From Candidatus Micrarchaeota archaeon (lineage in GTDB: Archaea; Micrarchaeota; Micrarchaeia; Norongarragalinales; Norongarragalinaceae): 64,000 bases of DNA. The first letter of the stretch is position 1. Each line of letters opens with the position of its first letter. The translations under genes and the position numbers were made by a program. The stretch spans positions 32,001 through 96,000 of the forward strand of contig JACQQD010000001.1 of NCBI GenBank assembly GCA_016207165.1, written 5' to 3'. The notes beneath the pieces were generated by a model. It did no database searches. It saw only the letters and a list, made by a program, of their open reading frames with translations, and had not been told where the DNA came from. Shown here piece after piece: positions 26,371-36,327 of the stretch.

Positions 26371-27429
26371 ATGACGCGCGTCAAGCAGGTCCTCGACGAA
26401 CGCCGCGTCAAGGTTTTGGACGCCTTGTTCACCAAAGGCGCGATTCGGCCCAGTTTTTCGCTGCTTCAAGAACGAACGGGCCTCACGCGGCCCACCCTGG
26501 TCTCCAGCCTCGCGCACCTGCAGGAGCAGACAGCCATCGTCCAGTACGTGCCGGCGCTGGACTGGAAGAAAATCGGCGTGGGCGTGGAGTCCCTGCCGCT
26601 CTTGGATTTCGATTTCTCGCAAACCGAGGTGCTTTCACAAGTCGCCGAGTGGGCCCGATCTACGCCCAACGTCCGCTTCATGGGCTCCATTGCCAGCGGA
26701 CGCTACAACCTGGCTTTCCGCGAAATGCACCGCTCCATGGAGGCGTTTCAATCCGGAGTCCTTGAGTTCTACCAACGCCAAGTGCCCCGCGCATACCCCC
26801 TGATTCGCGACCGCGCCGTCTACTATTTTTCCGAGCCCGTGTACGCGTACCGCCCGTCAAGCCGTGCCGCCGCCGACATCGTCATCCAACAGGGCCCGGT
26901 AGCCGAACGCAAGAAAATCCAGCTCAAAGACGCCACTCGCCTGTCCATCCTGGGGGCCTTGTTTGAACCCGGCGCGCTCAAACCCCACCTCAAAACCATT
27001 CAACGCGCCACCGGCATGCACTTGGCCACCATCTCCTCGTCCCTGGACTTTCTCCACCAAGAAGGCATTCTCGTCGGTTACGTGCCGCGCCTCAACCCCC
27101 TTGTTTTCGACCTCAAGCTCTTCGGTTTCCTCTTGATTCAAATGCCGACGGTTCCCAAGGCATCGTTCAAAAAACTCGTCGACTTCGCGAAAAAAGACCC
27201 CCACCTGCTGACGTTCACATCCTTGGCGGGCACCGACTACAATTTATGCATGGAGTTCTTGCACGCCGACATCAACGCGTTTAACCGCTCGCTTCAAAAA
27301 TACTATGAAGCGTTTCCCCAACTGGTCTCCGCGCCCCGCGAAATCGTGTACGTCACCGAACCCATCTACAAGAATTTTTCCCGCAGCCAAACCGTCCTGA
27401 ACATCCTGAAAAAAGAACTCGGCCTCTAG
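26371..27429 (+). CDS. Tandem (duplicated) Lrp/AsnC-like regulator
   Basis: Two repeated HTH+RAM units (LDALFTKGAIRP / LGALFEPGALKP; SEPVY / TEPIY). Confidence 0.7.
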   Translation: MTRVKQVLDERRVKVLDALFTKGAIRPSFSLLQERTGLTRPTLVSSLAHLQEQTAIVQYVPALDWKKIGVGVESLPLLDFDFSQTEVLSQVAEWARSTPNVRFMGSIASGRYNLAFREMHRSMEAFQSGVLEFYQRQVPRAYPLIRDRAVYYFSEPVYAYRPSSRAAADIVIQQGPVAERKKIQLKDATRLSILGALFEPGALKPHLKTIQRATGMHLATISSSLDFLHQEGILVGYVPRLNPLVFDLKLFGFLLIQMPTVPKASFKKLVDFAKKDPHLLTFTSLAGTDYNLCMEFLHADINAFNRSLQKYYEAFPQLVSAPREIVYVTEPIYKNFSRSQTVLNILKKELGL

Positions 27430-27432
27430 CCG

Positions 27433-27897
27433 TCAGGCGACTTCGTCTTTCTGGTCTCGCTTGATTCTCGCCGTTTCCACCAACGAATTCCACTCCCTTC
27501 CCACATGTTGCAAAGCCTGGCCGAACCGCAAGCTGGGCTTGATCACCATCTTGTGCCGCTTGTCCTTGTCGTCTTGCCCCGTCGGGCTCCGCCTTTCGCG
27601 CGCCAACAACCCGGTCCGCACCAGTTTCGGAATCACGAGGTTGCGCAACGTGGAATTGGCTACGGCCGCTTCGGCTTGCCACTTGGAAATGGCGCGTCCA
27701 TCCATTTCCCCTTCCAACAACAAATGCTTGACGAGCCGGACGGCGACGTCGTACTGAACTTTCTGCAACGCCGGCGGAAACACGATTTTCAAGACGTCTT
27801 CGACTTCCCACCGCGCGTTCAAACTCATGGGTAGTTTTCCGTATTCGAACAACAACGCCTTTTTCGTGGCAATGCCGCGCGATGGAGGGCCGTTCAT
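27433..27897 (-). CDS. Winged-HTH protein (likely paralog of 20112-20477)
   Basis: NSTLRNLVIPKLVRTGLL helix-wing; start uncertain. Confidence 0.65.
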   Translation of the reverse strand: MNGPPSRGIATKKALLFEYGKLPMSLNARWEVEDVLKIVFPPALQKVQYDVAVRLVKHLLLEGEMDGRAISKWQAEAAVANSTLRNLVIPKLVRTGLLARERRSPTGQDDKDKRHKMVIKPSLRFGQALQHVGREWNSLVETARIKRDQKDEVA

Positions 27898-27905
27898 GGT
27901 ATGCC

Positions 27906-28421
27906 CTACGGCAACCGGTTTAATAATTCGTTGACGTGTCGGCGCCAATCCGCATTCGCGGCGCGTTCTTTGAACTCTTCCAGCTTGCGGACGGTTCGCT
28001 CTTTGGCCTGGCCGTCCTGCCAGAAGATGTCGTCTCTATGCGGCGCCCGGCGAACCAATTCGCGCCGAAGTCCTTTGGGCGCCGCATCCGCCTCGGCAAA
28101 AAATTTGCAAAACCAGTCAATGGCCAAGACGTGTCCCGCCACTTCGCGAAGGATGCCGGCCCGCGTGTCCAGGCGGTCCGCCGATTGGTGCACCGTGGCC
28201 ACCACGTACCTTTCACGCCATATTCGTGCTTCCTCTTCCATGTCGCGCGCTTTTTGCTCCAACAACCGGTACGCGTCCTCCACCGCCACCCGCGCCTCGC
28301 CCTTGGCGTAGTTCTGCCCCAATGCCGCCCGCACGTCGGCCTGAACCTTCCGGTACCTGCCTTTCTTGGCCCGCTTTTGTGCGACTTCGTCGTGAAGAAG
28401 CGTCCCAAGATGGCCGAGCAT
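27906..28421 (-). CDS. Hypothetical helical protein
   Basis: ORF in operon-like run. Confidence 0.6.
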   Translation of the reverse strand: MLGHLGTLLHDEVAQKRAKKGRYRKVQADVRAALGQNYAKGEARVAVEDAYRLLEQKARDMEEEARIWRERYVVATVHQSADRLDTRAGILREVAGHVLAIDWFCKFFAEADAAPKGLRRELVRRAPHRDDIFWQDGQAKERTVRKLEEFKERAANADWRRHVNELLNRLP

Positions 28422-28449
28422 GATGGTGTCTTGACGCCTGCGACAGGTT

Positions 28450-29310
28450 TTAACCTTTTTCCTGTTTGGAGAGCGTGCGAATCGCCGCCAAGTCCGCCGT
28501 CGTCTCCTCGATTTCCACGCAGTGACGCGCCACGGCTTCCAGCCGCGCCCACGAAAGCGGATCCCTACCCTGTAACTTATCCAAGTCCGCCCGGCACGCC
28601 CAAACCGCCTCCGTGGCCTTGCCTCCGGGCTCGCCGCTGAAAAATTGATTCATGGCCGCGTCGTACGCCGCCTCCAATTTTTCCAACGCCGCTTTCGCCC
28701 GACCCCCTTCCAACGCCAAGGCCTTGAGTTCGTCGGCAATGCTTTCCAATCCTTTGGCCACCAACGCGTCGAACTTGAACTCGGCGTGACGCGCTCCGGC
28801 TCCCATGGAGCGAAGCGCCAACGTGTACAGCCGGTTGACTTCCTGCTCCCGCCGCAACACCGCGTCGCGGTTTCCCTCGTGCGCCAACGCGAACAACGAC
28901 TTGACCACCGCATGCATCCGCCGCAATAATTGTTCCAGGGAGTACTCGTGGCCCGTGGCAAACACGCGAAGGGTTACCCGTTCCTTCTCCTCAAAAACCA
29001 CGTCCACCGCCGCCAAGTGGTCCCGCGCCTGTTGCGCCAAACCCGCCGCGTTCTTGCCGCTCAGCAAAATGTCCTGGGCTCCGGCGATGTACGCCGAAAT
29101 CACGGACCGCAACGCCAGGGCGTTTTCCGCGTCCACCTGCGCCTGAAGAGTCCGCGCCACCGGGCTTGCCATGATTTGAAGCGACCCGTCCGGGTTCTCC
29201 TCCAATCCCACCGCCGCCCCCCTGGAAAGCCCGTGGCCTTCAGCCCACGCTTTCGGAAGGGAAACGATGAACGTGCTTCGACCGGTTTTCTGGACTTTCC
29301 GAGTCTCCAT
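28450..29310 (-). CDS. AbrB-PhoU phosphate uptake regulator
   Basis: RKVQKTGRSTFIVSLPKAW AbrB domain plus PhoU repeats. Confidence 0.85.
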   Translation of the reverse strand: METRKVQKTGRSTFIVSLPKAWAEGHGLSRGAAVGLEENPDGSLQIMASPVARTLQAQVDAENALALRSVISAYIAGAQDILLSGKNAAGLAQQARDHLAAVDVVFEEKERVTLRVFATGHEYSLEQLLRRMHAVVKSLFALAHEGNRDAVLRREQEVNRLYTLALRSMGAGARHAEFKFDALVAKGLESIADELKALALEGGRAKAALEKLEAAYDAAMNQFFSGEPGGKATEAVWACRADLDKLQGRDPLSWARLEAVARHCVEIEETTADLAAIRTLSKQEKG

Positions 29311-29392
29311 CTATATACCTCCTATTTTCTATGTGGGTTTGATATATATGTTTCGCGTGGCCTAAAAACTACTCGGGTGTGGAAGCGTAAAC

Positions 29393-29572
29393 ATGGAACC
29401 AAAAGAACCGGTGACCTGGGCCTTGCTGTTTGTTGCAGGAGCAACCCTATTGGCCGCCGCATTCTTTGCTCCCACGCCCGCCCTCTTCTTGTTGGTACTA
29501 GTCGGCGCCGCGTTTCTGCTTCGACCCGAACCGGTGCCTGAACGCGTCTGGGGCCACCACCCCCAACTGTAA
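29393..29572 (+). CDS. Small two-TM membrane protein, 59 aa
   Basis: Hand translation MEPKEPVTWALLFVAGATLLAAAFFAPTPALFLLVLVGAAFLLRPE...; below ORF-track cutoff. Confidence 0.5.
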   Translation: MEPKEPVTWALLFVAGATLLAAAFFAPTPALFLLVLVGAAFLLRPEPVPERVWGHHPQL

Positions 29573-30875
29573 TTGTCTTTTTAAGCATCGCGCGATGCTT
29601 GGAATCTCAGCCCAACGCATCTCAACTCTTCGCCATCTCCGCTTGGCCAACACCGGTCCCGTACTTTTTAAACCCTTATTAAGGGCGCGTGGTTTCACCC
29701 GGCTTTACCTGCCTTATTTCAAGTGTGGCCCGGGTTCACTTCGGTTCTAGTTAACGGTATACCGCCAACGCCGGATCTTTGGCCTGAGTTCCGCCTTAAA
29801 CGAACCGAGACGGCCTTCTGTAGGCAGTTTTCATCAACGGCCCCTGCTTTTCTCGCACGACAATTTTTCATCAAGGCAACTCGTCAAGCCGGTATCTCTA
29901 GCGTTTTCCAGCAATGCCTTTTTCCTTTTGGGCCTGATTTTTTGACGTTTTTCCCTTGCTTGGGGGGGCGTGTAATGGCCGGTTTCCTGGTTTGGCCCGG
30001 TTTTCGCCCAAACGGTGGTTTTGGCGGGTTCTGACTGTCTTCGGGCCTATTTTCCGCCTGGCCCTGTTTTTTACTGCGTTGGGCCCCTAAAACCTAAGTC
30101 GTTTTTTTCGCGTCCTACTGGTTTTCGGCACCAATTTTTCATCCATCGCCAAAACATGGGCATTTTTTGGTCGATTTTTGGCAAAATTTTCTCGTTATTA
30201 TCGGAAGAAAAACACCATTAGTGGAACTTTGGGGTATTGTCCAATATCTTTTTGGTATTGCGTTTACTTACTCTCCCACTCCGTAATGGTGTTTTGATTT
30301 TGTGCCTTAGGAATGCATTTGGAGTGGTTTTTGGCTTGCTTTTTTGGTTCTTATCTTCTTTTTGTGTGTTTGGCTTATTTTTGGAGTTGTGTGTTTGCTT
30401 TGCGTCTTTTCTGTTTTCTCCAACCACGAGATTTATAAACTCCCTCATTATGGTGTATTGGTTAGTACGGGAATTATCTTGTTTTGATGGAACAAAATTA
30501 GCGGAATTGGCGCTTTTAGGGCTTTTTAGGCCAGAATTTCGTTTTGGCCCCCCCAAGTGGCCGGTGAACCTTATTTAATATCATAATGAGGAAACCTAGG
30601 TGCTTGGGCGTGTATTCGCGCCCTCTCCTTTTAACCCTTAGTTGTTTATTGTTATGGTGTTTGCTTTATTATATTACTCCAAAATGGTATTTGACTACTT
30701 GGTTCCTTTTCAGTGGAACTAATTAGTGCTTTCGGCCTATTTTCGACGGGTACTTTTCATGAAACCCTCAAATTCGGCCTTTTCAAGGCCTCTGGAAGCC
30801 CGTATTGGCCGTCGTTTTCCTGAGGTGGTGGGCCAAACAGGCAAATTCAACGCCTTTAGTTCCATTAAAATCAAA

Positions 30876-31139
30876 CTATTTTCCAGTTTTTTCGGCTTGA
30901 AACGACTTATGGTGCAATGAAAACCACTTCATCGAGTCGGCAAATTCTTCGGCTTCCCCGGCTTTGGCGGTTTTAGGCGTCCTAGCGCCTTGCTTTTGGC
31001 CCTTTTCAGCTAAGAGGTTTTGAATGGCTTTGTCCAAGCTACATTTTTTACCGGATTTGGCTTGAATTCGTCCAGCCAATTTTTGAAGCGATTTGTAGGT
31101 CTCATCTTGTACGCGAATCAATTTCGTCATTTCAGTCAC
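30876..31139 (-). CDS. Small RHH/VapB-like DNA-binding protein without a toxin partner
   Basis: KLIRVQDETYKSLQKLAG...SLDKAIQNLL. Confidence 0.7.
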   Translation of the reverse strand: MTEMTKLIRVQDETYKSLQKLAGRIQAKSGKKCSLDKAIQNLLAEKGQKQGARTPKTAKAGEAEEFADSMKWFSLHHKSFQAEKTGK

Positions 31140-31142
31140 TTA

Positions 31143-31299
31143 TTGTTTACTTTGTGACTTATATTTAATCCTTTTTACCTCTAGAACTCCGATTCTTTTC
31201 TTCATTTTTAATTTGTATTCTTAGTATTTTTTGTTTACTTCATTTAACTGTATTTTGTAAACTATAAATTGTTTACTTTTTAGTATATTTAATTTACTT
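31143..31299 (+). repeat. TTGTTTACTT direct repeats
   Basis: Exact copies at 31143, 31231 and 31269; variants at 31152 and 31292. Confidence 0.65.
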
Positions 31300-32397
31300 T
31301 CTGTTCTTTGCTTCCGGTAAAAATGAACTCAATTTTTTGAACTTCAAGCCTAAATCTGCCTACTTTTTGCCCAAAACGCTTTTTCCGAGCCTTTATTCCT
31401 ACAAAAATTGGCGCAAACGCGTTTTTTTGCCGTATTCCCTGGTTTTTTTGTTTTAATCCAAAAAAATGCCTATTTTAATCCTTTTTTCTCGGTTTTGGGC
31501 CCTTCTCCAACGGCCTTTCTGATTTCCAGGCCTAATTTCAATTTTTTTGGTGAAAATCTGCCTAGTTTCGATGTTTTTGTGTGTTTTCAAGACATTTAGA
31601 CGGAGTTTTGATCAATTCTCCTCGGATTTTATGTGAAAAACTGCCCATGACCGGTTTTTCCCGCTTTTTTTGGGGTCGGCAACCTATTTTTCAGTATTTT
31701 GAGGTAAAACATGCCTACTCTTGGGTTTTTTTGGCTTGCCTTACGTCTTTTTTTGTCGAAAACTGGCTATTTGACGGGGGTTTTCCTTGTTTTTGAGGTA
31801 AGCCGGGTTGGTTGCGGGCTTGAAATGATTTTCTTTGGCCTCTTGGTCCGTTGGGATTCGGCTTTACTTCTTGTTCTGGGACTGTTTTTGTTTCCCAAGT
31901 AAAAAACGATTTATTTTTGCGTTTTTCTGCCTATGTTTTTTCCTGCCTATTTCGATTGACCCCCGTCCAAACCATCGACATTTATAAAGGCTTTATAAAT
32001 CTCTTTTGGGGTGGCGGGGGTGTGTGTCATGAGCTCTTTGGTTTGAATGTGCCAAATTCCAGGGTTTGGCGATGTTTGGGCGTTTTTGACGGGTTGCTGG
32101 CGGGTCTTGGGATGGCGGGCGTTCCGGTCCGTACAACTTTTGGCGGTATACCGCTGCTAGGGGTGGCGGGGGGTTTGGGGCGGTCACGTAGTAAATGGCG
32201 TTCGGGCATCCTTGGCGTTGGCCTGCGTCAAATTGTTTTCCGTTGGTTTTGTGTTCGTGGAATTAGGTTCGCATGTCTGCTCTTGCACGCGTTTCTGTGT
32301 TTTTTTTTCTCTTGGTTTTTCGGTAACTTCCGGGCTGTTTGTGTTTTTTGACGTGGTGGCTTTCTTTATTGAACGCGGGTGAATCATAGTATTCGGT

Positions 32398-35010
32398 ATG
32401 TCCTTTGATCCGTCGCTGTACCTTCACTCCGAGGTCCTGCATTTGGCAAAGCGGCGGGGGTTTGAGTCTTTTACTTTGGTTCAGCAGAAGGCGTTTCCGG
32501 AGGTGGCGGCGGGAAAAAACGTGTTGGTCATGGCGCCGACGGGTTTTGGAAAGACGGAGGCGGCCATGCTGCCGATTTTGTCCAAGTTGGTCCAGGAGAA
32601 AGGCGAGGGGGTTCAGTGTCTGTACATTACGCCGTTGCGCGCCTTGAATCGGGACATGTTGTCGCGCATGGAGTTTTTCTGCAAGATGCTGGGGTTGCGC
32701 TTGGGGGTGCGGCATGGGGACACGACGGCGTACGAGCGCGTCAAACAAAAAGAGCAGCCTCCCCACGTCTTGATCACTACGCCGGAGAGTCTGGGCGCGC
32801 TTTTGGTGGCCGGCATGCGGGACTCTTTGGTCAACGTCCGGTTTGTGGTGGTCGATGAAGTCCATGAATTGGCGTACTCCAAGCGGGGCGTGCAGTTGAA
32901 CTTGGCGTTGATTCGGCTGGGGTTGTTGGCCCCGTTTCAAGTCATTGGGTTGTCCGCCACGGTTTCGGCTCCAAGGGACGTGGCGGCGTTTTTGGGGGAA
33001 GGCGTGGGGGTGGTGGACGCGTCGGAGTTGCGGTCGCTGGATTTGTCGGTGGAGTACCCCAAAAAAGCGGTGGCCATGGAAGGGTTGAAACCGGATACGG
33101 CCGCCCGGTTGGTGCGGTTGGAGCAACTCATTGCGTCGCACGGCAAGACGTTGGTGTTCGTCAACACGCGGTTCATGGCTGAAGCGTTGGGGGCCTTGCT
33201 TCGGCCGCTTTTGGGCGAGGATTTTGCTGTTCACCACTCGTCGTTGTCCAAGGAGGCCCGTCTGGAATCCGAGGAGGCGTTCAAGAAAGGGCAACTCAAG
33301 GCCTTGGTCTGCACGTCTTCCCTTGAACTAGGCATGGACATTGGGGACGTGGACTTGGTGGTTCAAGTGGGTTCCCCCCGCCAGGTCACGCGGTTGGTTC
33401 AGCGGGTGGGGCGGTCGGGTCACAAGCATCATTTGACGCCCAAAGGCGTGGTTTTGGCGTTGGATGAGTTGGATGAATTGGAGGCGAAGGTGTTGGTGGA
33501 CTTGGCGCATGCGCGTTTGTTGGAGCCGCAGGCGCCGCGGTTGGGCTGTTTGGACGTGTTGGCGCACCAAATCTGTGGGCTGGCGCTTGAATTTGGCCGC
33601 ATCCGCTTGGAGGGCGTGGTCAAGAACTTTCGGACATCCCGCCTTTATGCCGGGTTGCTGGTTTCTGTTGCTAAAAAGGTGGTCGGTCAGCTGGTTTCGG
33701 AGGGGTTGCTGGCTTTTGACGGCGAGTTTTTGGAGCCGACCAAGCGGACGAAGTTTTACTATTACGAGAATTTGAGCACGATTTCGGATCTCAAGAAGGT
33801 GTTCGTCAAGAACGCGGAGTCCAACAAGAACGTGGCGCTTTTGGATGACGTGTTCGTGTCGAATTATTTGCAGGTTGGCGTCGCGTTCATCGCACGGGGC
33901 CGCGCGTGGCGGGTTTTAAGCATGGTGGACGATGAGTTGGTCGTCGAGCCGTCAAAAGACGTGTCGGCGGCCATTCCGGATTGGGTGGGGGAAGAAATTC
34001 CAGTGGCCCGGGGGGTGGCCGCCAAAGTCGCCGGCGCGCTTTCCGAGGGGTCTACGGCGTTTGGTAAAAAGCAGGCCGCGTTTTTCGTGCCGTCGGCTTC
34101 GGAGTGGGTGGTGGAATCCGAGGGCCCGGTGGTCGTGGTGCACTCTTTTTTGGGCCACCGCGGCAACGAAGCCCTTGCAAAACTGTTGGCGTTTTCTTTG
34201 GCGGCCAAAGGCAAATCGGTTCGGACGCGGGCGGGCGCGTACCACGTCTTGGTTGAATTTGGAAAGTCGGCGGACGCGGAGGCGGTGGCGGCCGTTCTTT
34301 TGGTTTGGCGCCAAAAAAGCGTGGCCGCGTTCCTCAAAACGCATTTGGTGGATTCGCCTTTGTTCGCGTCGCGGTTCGTGCACGTGGCCAAGCGGTTCGG
34401 TTTCCTGCAAAAAGACCGGGACTACCAAGCCGTTTCCGTCAAAAAGTTGGCGGCGGTGATGAAAGATTCCGTGATTGCCGAGGAAGTCTTCGCCGAATTG
34501 TTTTACGAGAAGCTGGACGTTTCAACGCTGGAATCGGCGTTGTCTTCGTTTCGCGTTTCGGTTCGGCCGTCGGGTTTTTCGCCTTTGGCCCGGCACGCCG
34601 TGGCGTTGGGTGGTTTCAGCGAACTGATTACGGCGGCGGAGCCGACGGAGAAGGTGGTGGCCGCGTTTGCCGAGGAATTGCGGTCTAAAAAGATTCAATT
34701 GCATTGCGGGTACTGCAACCAGCGCTTCACGAAATCCTTGGGCTTTTTGGAGGAGGCCCAATGCCTGTTTTGCGGGTCGCCTCGGATTTTTCCGGAGACC
34801 TATTCGGCGAAAAAAGACCAGCGCGTGGTCATGGATTTGGTGGCGGCGTACGGAAAAAACGCGTTGGTTGCGTTGAGTGCGTATGGCGTTGGGCCGGAGG
34901 CGGCCAAGCGCATTCTTTCACGGCTGCACAAGTCGGAGGACGACTTGTTTTACGACTTGCTTCAAGCCCAGAAGGATTTCATTCGGACGAAGAAGTTCTG
35001 GAAGGTCTAG
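32398..35010 (+). CDS. lhr: Lhr-family SF2 helicase
   Basis: APTGFGKT, ITPLRAL, TTPESL, DEVH, LSAT, QRVGRSGH, LDVLAHQI, C-terminal CxxC pairs. Confidence 0.92.
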   Translation: MSFDPSLYLHSEVLHLAKRRGFESFTLVQQKAFPEVAAGKNVLVMAPTGFGKTEAAMLPILSKLVQEKGEGVQCLYITPLRALNRDMLSRMEFFCKMLGLRLGVRHGDTTAYERVKQKEQPPHVLITTPESLGALLVAGMRDSLVNVRFVVVDEVHELAYSKRGVQLNLALIRLGLLAPFQVIGLSATVSAPRDVAAFLGEGVGVVDASELRSLDLSVEYPKKAVAMEGLKPDTAARLVRLEQLIASHGKTLVFVNTRFMAEALGALLRPLLGEDFAVHHSSLSKEARLESEEAFKKGQLKALVCTSSLELGMDIGDVDLVVQVGSPRQVTRLVQRVGRSGHKHHLTPKGVVLALDELDELEAKVLVDLAHARLLEPQAPRLGCLDVLAHQICGLALEFGRIRLEGVVKNFRTSRLYAGLLVSVAKKVVGQLVSEGLLAFDGEFLEPTKRTKFYYYENLSTISDLKKVFVKNAESNKNVALLDDVFVSNYLQVGVAFIARGRAWRVLSMVDDELVVEPSKDVSAAIPDWVGEEIPVARGVAAKVAGALSEGSTAFGKKQAAFFVPSASEWVVESEGPVVVVHSFLGHRGNEALAKLLAFSLAAKGKSVRTRAGAYHVLVEFGKSADAEAVAAVLLVWRQKSVAAFLKTHLVDSPLFASRFVHVAKRFGFLQKDRDYQAVSVKKLAAVMKDSVIAEEVFAELFYEKLDVSTLESALSSFRVSVRPSGFSPLARHAVALGGFSELITAAEPTEKVVAAFAEELRSKKIQLHCGYCNQRFTKSLGFLEEAQCLFCGSPRIFPETYSAKKDQRVVMDLVAAYGKNALVALSAYGVGPEAAKRILSRLHKSEDDLFYDLLQAQKDFIRTKKFWKV

Positions 35011-35269
35011 CTTTCCTTGTAAAATGCACGGCGCGCCAGACAGTGGTGTTGGGTGCGCCAAACCGCATGCGGTGCGCGAGTGAGATTCCCTCGCGTTGCC
35101 GTTCTTTGATTACTCGGTCAATCCATATGGGTAGCGAGGCTTCCATGAAGCCGATTTTTCTGCCGGTAAGTCTCGCATACGGAATGTAGACGCCGTGGCC
35201 TTTGACTTGGGCGTAAATCTTGTTTTCTAAAAGAATTTTTCGGAGGGCGTTCGCCGCGTCTTCGGGCAT
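34979..35269 (-). CDS. Hypothetical protein
   Basis: ORF convergent on lhr. Confidence 0.45.
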   Translation of the reverse strand: MPEDAANALRKILLENKIYAQVKGHGVYIPYARLTGRKIGFMEASLPIWIDRVIKERQREGISLAHRMRFGAPNTTVWRAVHFTRKARPSRTSSSE

Positions 35270-35333
35270 GTGGGTTTTGTTTTGCGGCGCGGCATTTATG
35301 GGTTTTCGTTTGGTTTAACCGTGCGGTTTTGTT

Positions 35334-35762
35334 TTACTTGCGCGTTTGCTGCATGCGTCGGTTGTGGACCAAGAGCGCGATTTGGGCTTCGATGTGAGGG
35401 TTGCGGCCGCCTTGCCGGCGGAGGCTGGCCACAGCGTCTTGAAATTCTTCATCCGTATCGGCTCTGGCCGCGTCCAGAAAGTGGCTGGCGTTGAGGTTGG
35501 ACAAGTTGGCGGCATTGGCGGTTCGACCGGCTTGCGTGTTTCCAAGCCCTTGTCGCCGCAATAGGTTCAACAGTTCTTGGGGGCTTCGTGCTCGTCGGAC
35601 TGCGTTGGAGGGAAGCCGCCACGCCGAGTGGTTGGCGGAGGGGCGGGTCGTCGAACGGGTGGGTGGCTGGCTCATGCGCGGGGCTTGAAGAGTGGGTCGC
35701 GTATTTCGTGCGGCGGCGGAATGGTGCGTGGGCGGGCGCCGGGCACTGGTTTTAACGGCCAT
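35334..35762 (-). CDS. Hypothetical Arg-rich protein
   Basis: ORF in the minus-strand run below the E2 gene. Confidence 0.5.
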   Translation of the reverse strand: MAVKTSARRPPTHHSAAARNTRPTLQAPRMSQPPTRSTTRPSANHSAWRLPSNAVRRARSPQELLNLLRRQGLGNTQAGRTANAANLSNLNASHFLDAARADTDEEFQDAVASLRRQGGRNPHIEAQIALLVHNRRMQQTRK

Positions 35763-35785
35763 GGTTGGCTTTTTTCTGGCCGGCT

Positions 35786-35911
35786 TTATTTGGTTTTGCT
35801 TTGGTTGGGTGCGGGATGCTTTTCCAGGAAGTCGTAGTCGTCTTCCGTCGGCGGCTTTTTTTCTTCCAAGGCGGGTTCCGTGACGTGCACGATGCGGGGT
35901 TTGCCGTTCAT
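35786..35911 (-). CDS. 41-aa micro-protein MNGKPRIVHVTEPALEEKKPPTEDDYDFLEKHPAPNQSKTK
   Basis: Hand translation; TGATG coupling with the upstream stop; shares KPRIV motif with Ub-system proteins. Confidence 0.55.
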   Translation of the reverse strand: MNGKPRIVHVTEPALEEKKPPTEDDYDFLEKHPAPNQSKTK

Positions 35912-36327
35912 CAGTTGTCGGACACCTTTCCAGGCTTGAATTCAGTGGGTTTGGGTTTGCTTTTGGGCGTGCTTGAATACGTCCCCGCGTTTTGCCTCGT
36001 GATTCTCACCAAACCCTTGGCTCGCAGAAGTTCCAGGATTTCGTTGGATTCGTGGAGGGCCAGGGGTTGGTGGAGTTGAATGTATTGGCGTCGGGTGTTG
36101 GGTTCGTCGTACTCCTCGCCCACAACGACGAGTTGGGTTTCCGTTTGGAGGAGGGTCAATTTCTCGTTGATGCCTTCAACGCCGCCCTTGAAGGGGTGGA
36201 GGGTCACCGGAATTTTTACTTGGAGGGCTCCGGACACGGATTGAGTGGCGTGGGCTTGGTTCCAGTGGATTTGTTGAATGTCGCCGTAGCGGTGTAGGTT
36301 CTCGATTTCTCGGATTAGGTTTTTCAC
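35911..36327 (-). CDS. Hypothetical protein in the Ubl-E2 operon
   Basis: GTGA overlap with the E2 stop. Confidence 0.6.
   Translation of the reverse strand: MKNLIREIENLHRYGDIQQIHWNQAHATQSVSGALQVKIPVTLHPFKGGVEGINEKLTLLQTETQLVVVGEEYDEPNTRRQYIQLHQPLALHESNEILELLRAKGLVRITRQNAGTYSSTPKSKPKPTEFKPGKVSDN

Larger units (their letters stand above)
29600..32390. other. Putative chromosomal replication origin region
   Basis: Long AT-rich, nearly gene-free gap; visible GC/AT skew inversion; ORB-like TGGAAC motifs at 30218, 30484, 30709 (+) and 30852-30868 (-). Confidence 0.7.

Noticed and set aside
29723-32387. Numerous short Phe-rich or Lys/Asn-rich ORFs in the AT-rich gap
   Set aside because: Explained by T-rich compositional bias; no protein-like motifs except 30876-31139
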